From Gemmatimonas sp. (GTDB taxonomy: Bacteria; Gemmatimonadota; Gemmatimonadetes; Gemmatimonadales; Gemmatimonadaceae), in assembly GCA_031414535.1 (NCBI GenBank), contig JANNVQ010000037.1:1-64000 (forward strand): DNA of 64,000 nucleotides. Reading direction: 5' to 3'. Positions 40,270-50,246 of this stretch are shown here, one piece after another; position 1 is the stretch's first letter; each line of letters begins with the position of its first letter. A program made the translations under genes and the position numbers. Below the pieces are notes generated by a model, which did no database searches, was not told where the DNA came from, and worked only from the letters and a program-made list of their open reading frames with translations.

Positions 40270-40931
40270 TCAAGGTTCGTCTCGCTGCTGCACTCTTTGC
40301 CTTTGGCGCCACGGCGCTGTCCGCGCAGGCTCGTCCTGCTAATGCTGACCCCGACGTCAATGCGCGTCAGGGAAATGCCGTTGCGCCTGCGGGCTGGCAG
40401 GTCCGTCTGGACCGCGCCAACGCCGACCGTAACGGCGTCGCCTTCACGACGATGGGCGCTGGCCTGCACGTGACCAACGGCCCCGCCGGCATCTTCTGGA
40501 ACCCATCCAACACAGGGCAGAACACCTACACGGTGGAAGCCTCGTTCACGCAGATGAAGGCTCCGACTCATGCCGAGGCCTACGGATTGTTCTGGGGCGG
40601 CGCGAATCTCGCCGAGGCCAATCAGGAGTACCTCTACTTTGTGATCCGCAAGGACGGGAAGTACCTCGTTCGCCATCGCGCGGGCGCGGAGACGCATAAC
40701 GTGGCCGAATGGACCGAGCATGCCGCCATCGTCAAGGAAGGCGCCGACGGCAAGCAGGCCAACACCCTTCGCATCGAAGTCACGGCCACTGCCTCGCGCC
40801 TCTTCGCCAACGGCCAGCTGGTTCGTGAAGTGCCGCGCTCGGGGATGACGGGCACCACCAACGGCATCGCCGGCGTGCGCGTGAATCACAATCTCGATGT
40901 GCACATCGAGGGCTTCGCGGTTCGTCGCTAA
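40266..40931 (+). CDS. Hypothetical secreted beta-sandwich (ConA/lectin-like) protein
   Basis: ATG 40266 with GGAGG SD; signal peptide ending ALSAQ; strongly biased codon usage. Confidence 0.8.
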   Translation: MIKVRLAAALFAFGATALSAQARPANADPDVNARQGNAVAPAGWQVRLDRANADRNGVAFTTMGAGLHVTNGPAGIFWNPSNTGQNTYTVEASFTQMKAPTHAEAYGLFWGGANLAEANQEYLYFVIRKDGKYLVRHRAGAETHNVAEWTEHAAIVKEGADGKQANTLRIEVTATASRLFANGQLVREVPRSGMTGTTNGIAGVRVNHNLDVHIEGFAVRR

Positions 40932-40958
40932 GCGCCACCGGATGTGACACCGGATATG

Positions 40959-40997
40959 ACAGCGGCCCGAAACTCATTGCGAGTTCCGGGCCGCTGT
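40959..40997. terminator. Hairpin between convergent genes (probable bidirectional terminator)
   Basis: ACAGCGGCCCG...CGGGCCGCTGT 11-bp stem extended by AACTC/GAGTT. Confidence 0.7.
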
Positions 40998-41014
40998 GCT
41001 TTGCGCGATGACGC

Positions 41015-41296
41015 TTACGGGTTGAGGCGGTAGCCGTGCTTCACGTCCGACGCCCCAGCTTTGGCGCCTAGGCCCACCGCGAGACCAAAGGCGAGGGCCG
41101 TACCCCCAGTCACGAGCGGGAGCAACCAGGCCACAGGGTAGGCGATGACAAACGCTCCTACGCCCGCGACGACCGCGGCTCCGCCTGTAAGCGCGCCATT
41201 CACGTACCGGAGTCGTTCGCGCACGAATCGCCGTGCCCCACCGTAGCCGACCCATGCCGCGCCCAACGAAATGACCAACGAGAGAAATCCGAGCAT
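41015..41296 (-). CDS. Small hypothetical membrane protein
   Basis: AGGAGG SD; Gly/Ala-rich TM helices. Confidence 0.75.
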   Translation of the reverse strand: MLGFLSLVISLGAAWVGYGGARRFVRERLRYVNGALTGGAAVVAGVGAFVIAYPVAWLLPLVTGGTALAFGLAVGLGAKAGASDVKHGYRLNP

Positions 41297-41316
41297 TGTG
41301 GCCTCCTTGTGAGGGC

Positions 41317-41344
41317 CTACGGCAGCGAGCGGGGGCGAGTTTCG
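41317..41344 (-). promoter_or_regulatory. Putative ECF sigma promoter CGAAAC-N17-CGTAG
   Basis: Upstream of 41296; the same motif recurs at 57800-57826. Confidence 0.6.
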
Positions 41345-41397
41345 AAAGCTTCGAGACTGCCCTTGTTCGGGGCGCCCTGCTCGCCGAGATTCCCCTC

Positions 41398-41940
41398 ATG
41401 ATTTATGGCGATAAACGGGTTCAGGCCCTTGAGCAGGAACTTACGAGGGTCCGTCGGGAATTCGAGTCCGCGTTGTCCAGCGTACCCGAGGCGCAAAGGC
41501 ACCAAGCTCCGGCCGGCCATTGGACCCCCGCTCAAATTGTGTGGCACGTGGCAAAGGTCGAGCGTGGCGTTGCGCGAATGATTGAGGCCAAGACTGCGGC
41601 CCTCGGTGCCATGGCCACCGTGCCTCCTGGCCCGTCTACGTTGCGGGTGCTGTCGCTGCTGGACCGCTTTGACTTTCTCAATCGCACGACCAAGCTCACG
41701 GCACCAGAAGGCCTCGCGCCTCCGGCCGAAGTGGACCTCATCGCTGAGCGAGGCCGCTGGGCTGACGGACGGGCTCAGCTCTTGGTGGCGGCTCACGAGG
41801 CTGGCCCGCGCCTCGCGCTCATCTCGCACCCGCACCCCTTCTTTGGACCCTTTGACGGGTTCCAGTGGGTGCTCATGATTGCGCGCCACGAAGAGCGGCA
41901 CTTGCTCCAGTTGCACGAAGTAGTCGCCGCTACGCGCTGA
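41398..41940 (+). CDS. DinB family protein
   Basis: WTPAQIVWHV, HPFFGP, HEERH. Confidence 0.85.
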   Translation: MIYGDKRVQALEQELTRVRREFESALSSVPEAQRHQAPAGHWTPAQIVWHVAKVERGVARMIEAKTAALGAMATVPPGPSTLRVLSLLDRFDFLNRTTKLTAPEGLAPPAEVDLIAERGRWADGRAQLLVAAHEAGPRLALISHPHPFFGPFDGFQWVLMIARHEERHLLQLHEVVAATR

Positions 41941-41974
41941 CCCCGCGTAGCACGAGGGTGGTTAGATTCCACTC

Positions 41975-44458
41975 GTGGCCCGCGCTCCTATTCCTGAACT
42001 GCTCGCTCCGGCCGGCTCGCTTGACGCGGTCCGGGCGGCCGTGGCCAATGGCGCGAATGCCGTGTATTGCGGCGCCTCCAAGTTCAACGCCCGCGACGAC
42101 GGAGCCCAACTCACCCTCGACGAACTCGAGCAGGCCTGCTTAATCGCGCACGAGCGTGGCGCCCGCATCTACCTCACGCTCAACATCCTCATCAAGCCCG
42201 CAGAAATGGCCGACGCCCTCGAGTATCTGGGCGAGTGCATTGATCGCGGGGTTGACGCCGCCATCGTTCAGGACATTGGGCTGATTCGGATGATTCAGCA
42301 GGTGTATCCGGACTTCGAGATTCACGGATCCACCCAGCTCACGGTTCACGATGCGTCCGGCGCCAAAGTGATGGAGCGGCTCGGCATCAACCGTATTGTG
42401 CTCGCGCGGGAAAACTCGCTTGAGGACATCCGGGAGATTCGTGCCGCGGTCCCGACCTTGGGCCTTGAGACCTTTGTGCACGGCGCGCTCTGCATCTCCT
42501 ACAGCGGGCAGTGCTATATGAGCGGCATGATCTCCGAGCGGAGCGCCAACCGCGGCTCCTGCGCCCAGTCCTGCCGCAAGGATTACGTGCTGCGTGACGC
42601 CGCCTCGGGCGAGGAGCTCGACCGCGGCTACCTCATCTCCGCTAAGGACCTCGGCGCGTGGGAGCACCTCGCCGAGATTGCAGAGGCCGGCGTCGGGTGC
42701 CTCAAGATTGAAGGCCGCAAGAAGAAGCCGGAGTTCGTGGCCACGGTCACCAAGGGTTATCGCGAGTTCCTGCAGCGCGTTGAGCGCGGCACCTTTAGCG
42801 AGCCGACGTTCGAAGAAGTGCAGCCGCTGGTGCAGATCTTTTCGCGCGGCTTCACTGGTGGGATGTACGGCGGCCGAGAAGGTCGCGAGTACATCACGCG
42901 CACTCAGCCAGACAATCGCGGGCTCGAACTTGGTGTGGTGGTTGGGTTTGAAAATGGCGAGGTGATTGTTGAGGTGCGAGCACCAATTGCCGAGCGCGAT
43001 GGGCTGGGATTCGAACCGCCGGCCGGCGGGCACCTCGAGAGTACGGGATTCGCCGCTGGGCCCGTGCGCACCATCACGCAGCGCGATGGTATCTGGAAGC
43101 AGGCCATCAAGGCCCGCAAGACCGTACCCGTCGGTTGGAAGGTGGTGCGTAACGCACAGGTTGCCTTGTTGGAATCCGCACGCGCGTCATACGAAGGCGT
43201 AGGGCAGGGACGTCGGCGTCGCGTTGGGGTCGCCGTGCGCTGCTTTGGATCCGCTGGGGCGTCGCTAAAGGCGGTGTTCGCGGTCGGCAACGATCGCATC
43301 GAGGTGCGCTCGGAGATGCCCCTGGCTCCGGCGCAGAAGCGTTCGCTTGATGTCGCACAGCTACGTGAGCAGTTCGGACGCTTGGGTGAATCGCCCTTCG
43401 TGCTCGGCGAACTTGATGCCAATGGTGTGGCGGAGGGTTTGTTCCTGCCAGTCTCCGAGCTGAATCGCATGCGCCAAGAAGCTACCGAGCAACTGATGCA
43501 GCTGCGCGGTTGGGAGCGCGACGCCGCAATGACCGAGCGGCGCGAGCGCATCGCCGGTGCAGTGGCCGCATCAGTCAGTGTGAGCGCGAGCATTCGCAGC
43601 GACCGCGCCTCGCTCATTGCCGAAGTCTGGCGCATCGAAGACGCCGACGCGGCCATCGCCTCAGGCGCTGACGAGATTGTCCTTGATCCCTTCCTGCGGC
43701 ATCCATTCCCAGCTGTCTCGCAGGTGGCTGCCCTCGTGGCACGCATCCATGACGCTGGACGCCGCTTTCGGCTTCGCCTACCCACCATCGTGCGCCCGAC
43801 GGAGCGGAAGAAGCTCGACAAGTGGCTCGCCTTGGGTACGCCGCTGTTGAGCGGCCATCTCGGGCTTGTGGCGGAACTCGGTGCCTTGGGTCGCGACGTG
43901 CGCGCTGACTATGCCGTGAACTGCTTCAACGTGCAGACCGCGCATGAGATCTTGGCCCTTGGTGCGAGCGGCATCACGCCATCGGTGGAACTCACAACGG
44001 ACGAAATCGGCGAGATTGTCGCGCCATGGGATGGTGCGGGCTTCGATGTGCTCATTCACGGCCGCCCTGAAGGGATGACGCTTGAGCACTGCGTGCTGAG
44101 TGCTGCGTTCAATCGCACGCCCACGCATTGCCGCGATTTGTGCACCAAGACGCACGTGGACACGCGCCTCACGGACCCCGCGGGATATGAATTTCCTGTG
44201 GCGACCGATTACGCCTGTCGCAACCGGCTCCTGCACTCGCGTCCCATTGAGGCCAGCGAGTTCCTCCCGCGGCTCTGGGACATGGGCATTCGGGAGTTTC
44301 GTTTGCTCTTCAATGTGCCGGGCGATGCCGTGGCTGAGCGCGTGCAGGCCTACCGCGAGGCACTAGACCGCGCGTCACGAGGCGATGGGCTTTCGCGGAA
44401 GCCGCGCGAGGTCGTCGGCAAGGCGTTCACACGCGGGCATTTCGCACGCGCAGTGTAG
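41975..44458 (+). CDS. U32 family protein with DUF3656 (RlhA-like RNA hydroxylation protein)
   Basis: PELLAPAG, ETFVHGALCISYSGQC, ANRGSCAQSCR, KIEGR, C-terminal TRGHF. Confidence 0.88.
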   Translation: MARAPIPELLAPAGSLDAVRAAVANGANAVYCGASKFNARDDGAQLTLDELEQACLIAHERGARIYLTLNILIKPAEMADALEYLGECIDRGVDAAIVQDIGLIRMIQQVYPDFEIHGSTQLTVHDASGAKVMERLGINRIVLARENSLEDIREIRAAVPTLGLETFVHGALCISYSGQCYMSGMISERSANRGSCAQSCRKDYVLRDAASGEELDRGYLISAKDLGAWEHLAEIAEAGVGCLKIEGRKKKPEFVATVTKGYREFLQRVERGTFSEPTFEEVQPLVQIFSRGFTGGMYGGREGREYITRTQPDNRGLELGVVVGFENGEVIVEVRAPIAERDGLGFEPPAGGHLESTGFAAGPVRTITQRDGIWKQAIKARKTVPVGWKVVRNAQVALLESARASYEGVGQGRRRRVGVAVRCFGSAGASLKAVFAVGNDRIEVRSEMPLAPAQKRSLDVAQLREQFGRLGESPFVLGELDANGVAEGLFLPVSELNRMRQEATEQLMQLRGWERDAAMTERRERIAGAVAASVSVSASIRSDRASLIAEVWRIEDADAAIASGADEIVLDPFLRHPFPAVSQVAALVARIHDAGRRFRLRLPTIVRPTERKKLDKWLALGTPLLSGHLGLVAELGALGRDVRADYAVNCFNVQTAHEILALGASGITPSVELTTDEIGEIVAPWDGAGFDVLIHGRPEGMTLEHCVLSAAFNRTPTHCRDLCTKTHVDTRLTDPAGYEFPVATDYACRNRLLHSRPIEASEFLPRLWDMGIREFRLLFNVPGDAVAERVQAYREALDRASRGDGLSRKPREVVGKAFTRGHFARAV

Positions 44459-44471
44459 GTCTCGCGCGAGC

Positions 44472-47117
44472 CTAGATCCGCGCCCCGTCGAGCAATTCAC
44501 GAATGGACCGGGCGAGGTCTTCGAGCGAAAAAGGCTTCGGTAGCAGACGCGCCCCCATGGGCATGCCTGAGGTCCAGCGGAGCGCCTCCTGACTGAACCC
44601 CGAGATAAAGAGCACGGGCGTGCCCGGACGCTGCTCTCGGATGCGTTCTGCGGCCACATCACCGTGAATGCCAGGCATGACAATGTCGCTGACGACGATG
44701 TCAATGCGTTCCGTTCGCGCCGCCGAGAGCGCAACACCGGATTCGCCGTCGGGGGCGGCTAAGACTTCGTAGCCGAGTTTGCGCAGCAGCTTCGCCGTCA
44801 CTTCTCGGACTGAGCCTTCATCCTCCATCAGGAGGATGACCTCGCCCGGCTTTGCCGTGGGTAGCGGTGCCCGCGTGTGATGCGGATCGGCGTCACTCGG
44901 CGCGATGACCCGCTGCAGAAAGACGGAAAAGGTGCTGCCGCGACCTTCCTCGGAACTCACCCGAACCGCTCCGCCCATTTGCGTGGCGACCCCATAGACA
45001 GTGGCGAGTCCCAACCCCGTGCCCCCGCTGCCTTGCTTCGTGGTGAAGAAGGGCTCGAAGATGTGGCCCAATACATCCTTGGCAATGCCGACGCCTGTAT
45101 CGGCCACATCAATCCGCACCCACTCGCCGTGCGTGAGGTCGAGCGATTGATTCCCGTTGGGCCCGACCACGAAGTTTGAGGCGCTGATGCGCAGCGACCC
45201 GCCGCGAGGCATCGCGTCCCGGGCGTTGACAGCCAGATTTACGATGATTTGTTCGAACGCAGAGGGGTCTGCGCGGACCGACCAAATGGTCGTTGGGACG
45301 TCCACGTCGAGAAACACCTGGTCGCCCAAGAGACGGCGGAGTAAGCGTTCGAGATCCTGCAGCAGTGCGGGAACGCGCAGGACCCGAGGTTCAATCAGTT
45401 GCTGCCGCGCAAAGGCGAGCAAGCGCCTCGTCAACTCCGCACCGCGGTGCACCGACTGGTCAATCTCGTCCAGGTGAACCGCGAATGCGTCATCACCCTC
45501 AGCGCGCTCGCGCAGTAGGCGCACGTTGCCCGAGACAGCCGTGAGCAAATTGTTGAAATCGTGCGCCACGCCGCCAGCCAAGCGCCCAATCGCCTCAAGG
45601 CGTCGTGCCGCTACGAGTTCGTCCTCCAGTCGCCGCCGCTCCCGCACATCGCGCAAGGACACAATCAGGCGCTCTGTTCCGTCGGGGTCCGTATACGGGC
45701 GTGATACACCCTCAAGTGGGATGTACTCGCCGGCCGTATTCCGCGCGCGCAGCGGAACGACGGCGTCAACCGTGTCATCGCGTTGTAGCGCGCGCCGCAG
45801 TGCATCGGCGATGGTGGGGACGTCGTCAGGGTGCATGAAATCGAAGCCGGATCGGCCGACCATTTCCGTGTGGTCGTACCCGAGGATGCGCCCAACCGAC
45901 GGGCTCGCGTACTCAATCTGAATGTCAGCCGAAACTTGGAAGATCATGTCGCTCGAGTTCTCGATGAGCGAGCGGAACCATTCCTCGCGGCGCTGGAGCG
46001 CGGTGCGCAGGCGCTCCTCCTCGCTCATGTCGTGCGATACGACTAGCACACCGATGATTCCGTCGCCCTCGCGCACGGGCGAGAAGCGCACCACAAAGCG
46101 GCGTTTCTCCTTGCCACGCGCTAACACGAAGCCCGTTTGGCGGCTCACCGACTCGCCACCCAAAGCCCGCGGGAATGCTTCGTCCCAAAAGAGGCGCGTT
46201 CGCTCATTCATCAGCGGACCAATTGCCACGCCGGCGCGCACCGGCACGCCCGTGCCAAGGCTCGCGAGATCGAGGAACGTTCTATTCGCGCTGACGAGGA
46301 TGCCCTCGCGATTCACGATGAAAACGGGGTCTAAGCTCGTGGCGAGCGCCGTGGAGAGAGCGGCCTCCGAGGCGTTGGCGCTCTGTTGGGCCTCCGCGCG
46401 GGCCTCAGCCTCGCGCAGCGCGTTGGTGCGTTCCACCTCCAACAGCGTAATCAGCATTCCCGCACCCATTGCTACCAAAAGGGGGAGACCCCCAAAGGTG
46501 AGAAGTTGCGCCAGAATGGGACTCGGTCCGAGAAAATGTGTCAGGGGCTCGGCGACGCGCAGCACGGCGTAGGAGATGAGCGCCCAGCCCAGCGTGCGGC
46601 GGGCGATGTCCGACGCCCCGGGCTGCCTCCTGAGGATCTGAAGGCCCGCCGATGCATAGGCGACGCCCCAGGCCGCCGCGAGCAGCATCACGCGCGCCAG
46701 ATAGAGCGAGAGCGCACGCTCGGAGCGCGGTTCTGTGGGCACGAACACGAGTGCCAGCGCGATGACGACGGCTATCGTGATGAAAGCCTCGCGCCGCACC
46801 GGGCGCCGCTCGGCCGGCGCACAGAGTTCGTGCATGCCGCTGAGCAGAGAGCGTAGATGCCACAGGCCCGCCGTCATGGACGCCAAGGAGAACAGCATGC
46901 GCGCGCCGCTGAGTGGCGCGAGGTTCACCGAGAGTAGCGCCAGGCCAGCCGCGAGGGCGTAGACGCCGAGCGCAATCCAGGTCCACGTCCACTCCCGGAC
47001 GTACCGACGCTCATAAATAGAGCTCAGCGTCCAAAAGGTCCACGCAAACCCTAGGGCGAGGACAACAAGAATTCCCGAAGCGGAGACGAAGAGCGGGATG
47101 TTCACACCGTCAAACAT
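44472..47117 (-). CDS. Hybrid sensor histidine kinase (multi-TM, 2 PAS, HisKA, HATPase, REC)
   Basis: AHDFNNLL, NARDAM, DTGVG, FFTTK, GTGLGL, DIVMP, KPF. Confidence 0.95.
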   Translation of the reverse strand: MFDGVNIPLFVSASGILVVLALGFAWTFWTLSSIYERRYVREWTWTWIALGVYALAAGLALLSVNLAPLSGARMLFSLASMTAGLWHLRSLLSGMHELCAPAERRPVRREAFITIAVVIALALVFVPTEPRSERALSLYLARVMLLAAAWGVAYASAGLQILRRQPGASDIARRTLGWALISYAVLRVAEPLTHFLGPSPILAQLLTFGGLPLLVAMGAGMLITLLEVERTNALREAEARAEAQQSANASEAALSTALATSLDPVFIVNREGILVSANRTFLDLASLGTGVPVRAGVAIGPLMNERTRLFWDEAFPRALGGESVSRQTGFVLARGKEKRRFVVRFSPVREGDGIIGVLVVSHDMSEEERLRTALQRREEWFRSLIENSSDMIFQVSADIQIEYASPSVGRILGYDHTEMVGRSGFDFMHPDDVPTIADALRRALQRDDTVDAVVPLRARNTAGEYIPLEGVSRPYTDPDGTERLIVSLRDVRERRRLEDELVAARRLEAIGRLAGGVAHDFNNLLTAVSGNVRLLRERAEGDDAFAVHLDEIDQSVHRGAELTRRLLAFARQQLIEPRVLRVPALLQDLERLLRRLLGDQVFLDVDVPTTIWSVRADPSAFEQIIVNLAVNARDAMPRGGSLRISASNFVVGPNGNQSLDLTHGEWVRIDVADTGVGIAKDVLGHIFEPFFTTKQGSGGTGLGLATVYGVATQMGGAVRVSSEEGRGSTFSVFLQRVIAPSDADPHHTRAPLPTAKPGEVILLMEDEGSVREVTAKLLRKLGYEVLAAPDGESGVALSAARTERIDIVVSDIVMPGIHGDVAAERIREQRPGTPVLFISGFSQEALRWTSGMPMGARLLPKPFSLEDLARSIRELLDGARI

Positions 47118-47179
47118 ACGCGACCTTCCTCGGCAAGGAACTGATGCCAGGCCACTTGGTCAGATGACTATCCTTCGGC

Positions 47180-49228
47180 GTGCCCGTAGCCACCAGTTCA
47201 CCGAGTATCGCCGACGCCCGCCGACTGTTGTTGGAGCGCTTCGGGTATGCGGATTTCCGCCCCGGTCAGACCCAGGCCGTGGAATCCGTGCTCGCCGGGC
47301 GGGACACGCTGGTCATCCTGCCAACTGGTGGCGGCAAATCGCTGTGCTACCAAGTGCCGGCGCTGATCATGGATGGCCTGACCGTCGTGATCTCGCCACT
47401 GATCTCCCTGATGAAGGATCAGGTGGACGCGCTCGAGGCACGCGGCTTACCCGCCACCTACGTGAACAGCACCTTGTCGCAGTCGGAGGTCTCGGCGCGC
47501 ATGGCCCGGGTGCACAGCGGCGAGGTGAAGCTGCTGTACTTGGCGCCCGAACGCTTTGACCTCGGCCGCACAGCGGAGCGACTGCGCGACATCGGTGTCA
47601 AGTTGCTCGCGGTTGACGAAGCGCATTGCATCAGCGAGTGGGGCCACGATTTCCGGCCCAGCTACCTGCGCGTAAAGGAAGTACGTGCGCGGCTTGGAAA
47701 TCCGCCCACCATCGCGCTCACCGCCACGGCAACGCCCGAAGTGCGCGAGGACATCGCGCGGCAACTTGAGTTGCGCGACCCAACCGTCGTCATCACGGGT
47801 TTTGATCGTACCAACCTCGCCTACCATGTCATCCCGGCAAAGAACGACGCAGCCAAGGATGAAACGATGGTGGAGTTACTGCGCACGCACACCGATGGCG
47901 TCGCCATCGTGTACGCGAGCACACGCAAGACGGTGGAGCGCATTGCTGGGGTGCTTTCCAAGGCGAAGTTGCCGGCTCTCGCGTACCACGCCGGCCTCGA
48001 CGACGAGCACCGCGCCGACGTGCAGGACGCGTTCATGAGCGGACGCGTGCGCATCATCGTCGCGACGAACGCGTTCGGCATGGGTATTGACAAGCCCAAC
48101 GTTCGCCTCGTTGTGCACCACGCGATGCCTGGAACGCTCGAGGCCTACTACCAGGAGGCTGGGCGCGCGGGGCGCGACCGCCTGCCGGCCACCGCCATTC
48201 TCCTGCACGCGTTTCCTGATCGCTTCACGCACGAGTTCTTCATCAAGGGTGCGCTACCGGAACGTGAGACCATCGCGTCTGTGTACACGGCCTTGCAGCG
48301 GCTCGCCGGCCGAGATGGCCTGGTATCGGCGAGCGCGGCCGAAATCGCCGCGACGGCCAGTGGCAAGGTGAGCGACCGCGAGGCGGAATCCGCCCTGAGA
48401 ATATTGGGTCGCGCTGGAGCGCTGGCGGTCGCTGACGCCTCCCGCACTCAGGCGCAGGTGCGCTTGCTCGCCACGCCGGAACGCATCAAGGCCGAGTTTA
48501 GTGAAGCCACCGACGGGCTCGCGCTCGCCCTGCTGCGTTCACTGTGGAAGCGTGCGCGCGGAAGTTTTCATCGCGGCATCGTCGCTGATCTCGATGCGCT
48601 GCCGCCTGGACTCGGCGGCCCGCAAGGCGCCGCTGCGCAACTCGACGTGCTGCAGAGCCGACAGATTCTCGTGTGGCAGCGTTTAGGCGAAGGCATCACG
48701 CTCACTGAACCCGCGCGCGCCCTCGACGAGTGGCCGGTGGACTGGGCTCTGCTCGACAGGCGGCGTAGCGGTGAGCTTCGCAAACTCGATATGGTGCAGC
48801 AGTACTCCTACACCAAGTACTGCCGCCGCGCCTTTGTGCTCCGCTACTTCGGCGATCCAGCCGCCAAGCCGCGCTGCGATAACTGTGACCGCTGTCAGGG
48901 CATCGAGCATGAGCAGCGAAGCGCCTCAAGTTCGAGCCCGACGCGCAAAGCCGAGAAGAAGCGCTCGGATGTGAAGGGCGCGGCGACGGACGCCCCGCTG
49001 AGTCGGGAGGAGTCCGCGCGATTCGACGCCTTAAAGGTGCTACGCAGCAAGCTCGCCAAGGACGAGGAAGTCCCGTCCTACGTGATTTTCCCCGATCGAG
49101 CGCTCCGGGGCATCGCCAAGGCAAATCCGCAGTCACTCGCGCAGTTGGCTAGCGTGAGCGGTGTGGGCCCGGCGCGTCTTGATCGCTACGGACGCGCCGT
49201 CCTGGAAACGTTGCTCAGTTGCCCATAG
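47180..49228 (+). CDS. recQ: ATP-dependent DNA helicase RecQ family
   Basis: PTGGGKSLCYQ, DEAHCISEWGHDFRP, TATA, QEAGRAGRD, CRR..YFG..CDNCDRC, C-terminal HRDC. Confidence 0.93.
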   Translation: MPVATSSPSIADARRLLLERFGYADFRPGQTQAVESVLAGRDTLVILPTGGGKSLCYQVPALIMDGLTVVISPLISLMKDQVDALEARGLPATYVNSTLSQSEVSARMARVHSGEVKLLYLAPERFDLGRTAERLRDIGVKLLAVDEAHCISEWGHDFRPSYLRVKEVRARLGNPPTIALTATATPEVREDIARQLELRDPTVVITGFDRTNLAYHVIPAKNDAAKDETMVELLRTHTDGVAIVYASTRKTVERIAGVLSKAKLPALAYHAGLDDEHRADVQDAFMSGRVRIIVATNAFGMGIDKPNVRLVVHHAMPGTLEAYYQEAGRAGRDRLPATAILLHAFPDRFTHEFFIKGALPERETIASVYTALQRLAGRDGLVSASAAEIAATASGKVSDREAESALRILGRAGALAVADASRTQAQVRLLATPERIKAEFSEATDGLALALLRSLWKRARGSFHRGIVADLDALPPGLGGPQGAAAQLDVLQSRQILVWQRLGEGITLTEPARALDEWPVDWALLDRRRSGELRKLDMVQQYSYTKYCRRAFVLRYFGDPAAKPRCDNCDRCQGIEHEQRSASSSSPTRKAEKKRSDVKGAATDAPLSREESARFDALKVLRSKLAKDEEVPSYVIFPDRALRGIAKANPQSLAQLASVSGVGPARLDRYGRAVLETLLSCP

Positions 49229-50246
49229 GCTGGCACTGATCAATCACTTCGCGCTTGAAGCGCCGCGGATCTGCGAGCACGGCCCACACCTCGTCGAGGT
49301 ACTCCTTGGCATCGGCAAGACGACGTGGATCTTGGCCGGGAACGGGGGTGGACCAGATGCTGTCCAGCGCCGGGCGCTTTGACAGGAAGTAGGCCACCGT
49401 GGGTGCCCATTGCTCAGCCGTGCGGCAGGGCCCGCGATGCAAGCGCTGACGCACCGTGCGAATGCCCAACGTTGGATTCGGGAACGCATAGCGCGGATTC
49501 ACCAAACCCGACCAGTCAAAGTCATAGGCCACGGGCCGATAGCCTCCATCCGGCTTCTGCATCAGCACGATGTTGTGCAACGAAGAGACGGACCAGTCCG
49601 TGTTGCCGATGGCGTACTCCCAGAGCGAAATGCGATCCAAGAAGGGGCCGTCGAAAGCGTCCCACAGCGCGCCCTTTTGTTCCGAGACCTTCCACTCGTG
49701 CTCGTCGGCTACTTCTTCGTCCGTCTCCATAAAGAACGCCGTCACCGCAATCGGGCGGATGCGGTCAAGGGAGTCCGTGTACGTGATGTTGCTCAGGCGG
49801 ACGCGATGATGCGCGGAGTCTAACACGGCGTAGCTGCGATACGCCTGATACTCGGTAAAGATGTACTGCTGATAATCCGCACTCGCGGGCCGGCAGGGCG
49901 TGACGATTTTGAGCCGTGGATTGCCTTGGAGGAGCGAACCGTCACGCGCCTCGCGCGCGGCCCGGATGAACAGGGGCGGAAAATTGCAGTTGCTCGACTG
50001 GCGGCGAAAATGCCCACGGGCCCGCACTTCCACGGGCATCGTGCGCTCGGTTCCCGCGGAGTCCGTCCACTTCAGTTCGGCGCCAAACCAACGGAGCCGC
50101 GTCGAATCGCGCTCACGCGTCAGGTCACGAAGATTTGTAGTGATGGTGACCGCAATTGGGTCCGTATCGCGAAACAAAGTTTGGGCGTCGAGCGGCACGG
50201 CAAGCGCCAACGCGGAGAGCAGGGATAGTTGAGCGAGACGAAGCAT
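49215..50246 (-). CDS. Hypothetical secreted protein, possible CotH-like atypical kinase fold
   Basis: Signal peptide; RARGHFR, EYQAY, IGNTDWS..HN, YDFDWSG. Confidence 0.7.
   Translation of the reverse strand: MLRLAQLSLLSALALAVPLDAQTLFRDTDPIAVTITTNLRDLTRERDSTRLRWFGAELKWTDSAGTERTMPVEVRARGHFRRQSSNCNFPPLFIRAAREARDGSLLQGNPRLKIVTPCRPASADYQQYIFTEYQAYRSYAVLDSAHHRVRLSNITYTDSLDRIRPIAVTAFFMETDEEVADEHEWKVSEQKGALWDAFDGPFLDRISLWEYAIGNTDWSVSSLHNIVLMQKPDGGYRPVAYDFDWSGLVNPRYAFPNPTLGIRTVRQRLHRGPCRTAEQWAPTVAYFLSKRPALDSIWSTPVPGQDPRRLADAKEYLDEVWAVLADPRRFKREVIDQCQPMGN

Noticed and set aside
40937..40961. 12-bp direct repeat ACCGGAT(G/A)TGAC x2
   Set aside because: Only two copies, between convergent 3' ends beside a terminator; no evident function.
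41975..44458. U32 protein as a collagenase/protease
   Set aside because: The Fe-S Cys motif and DUF3656-type architecture fit RlhA-like RNA hydroxylation better.
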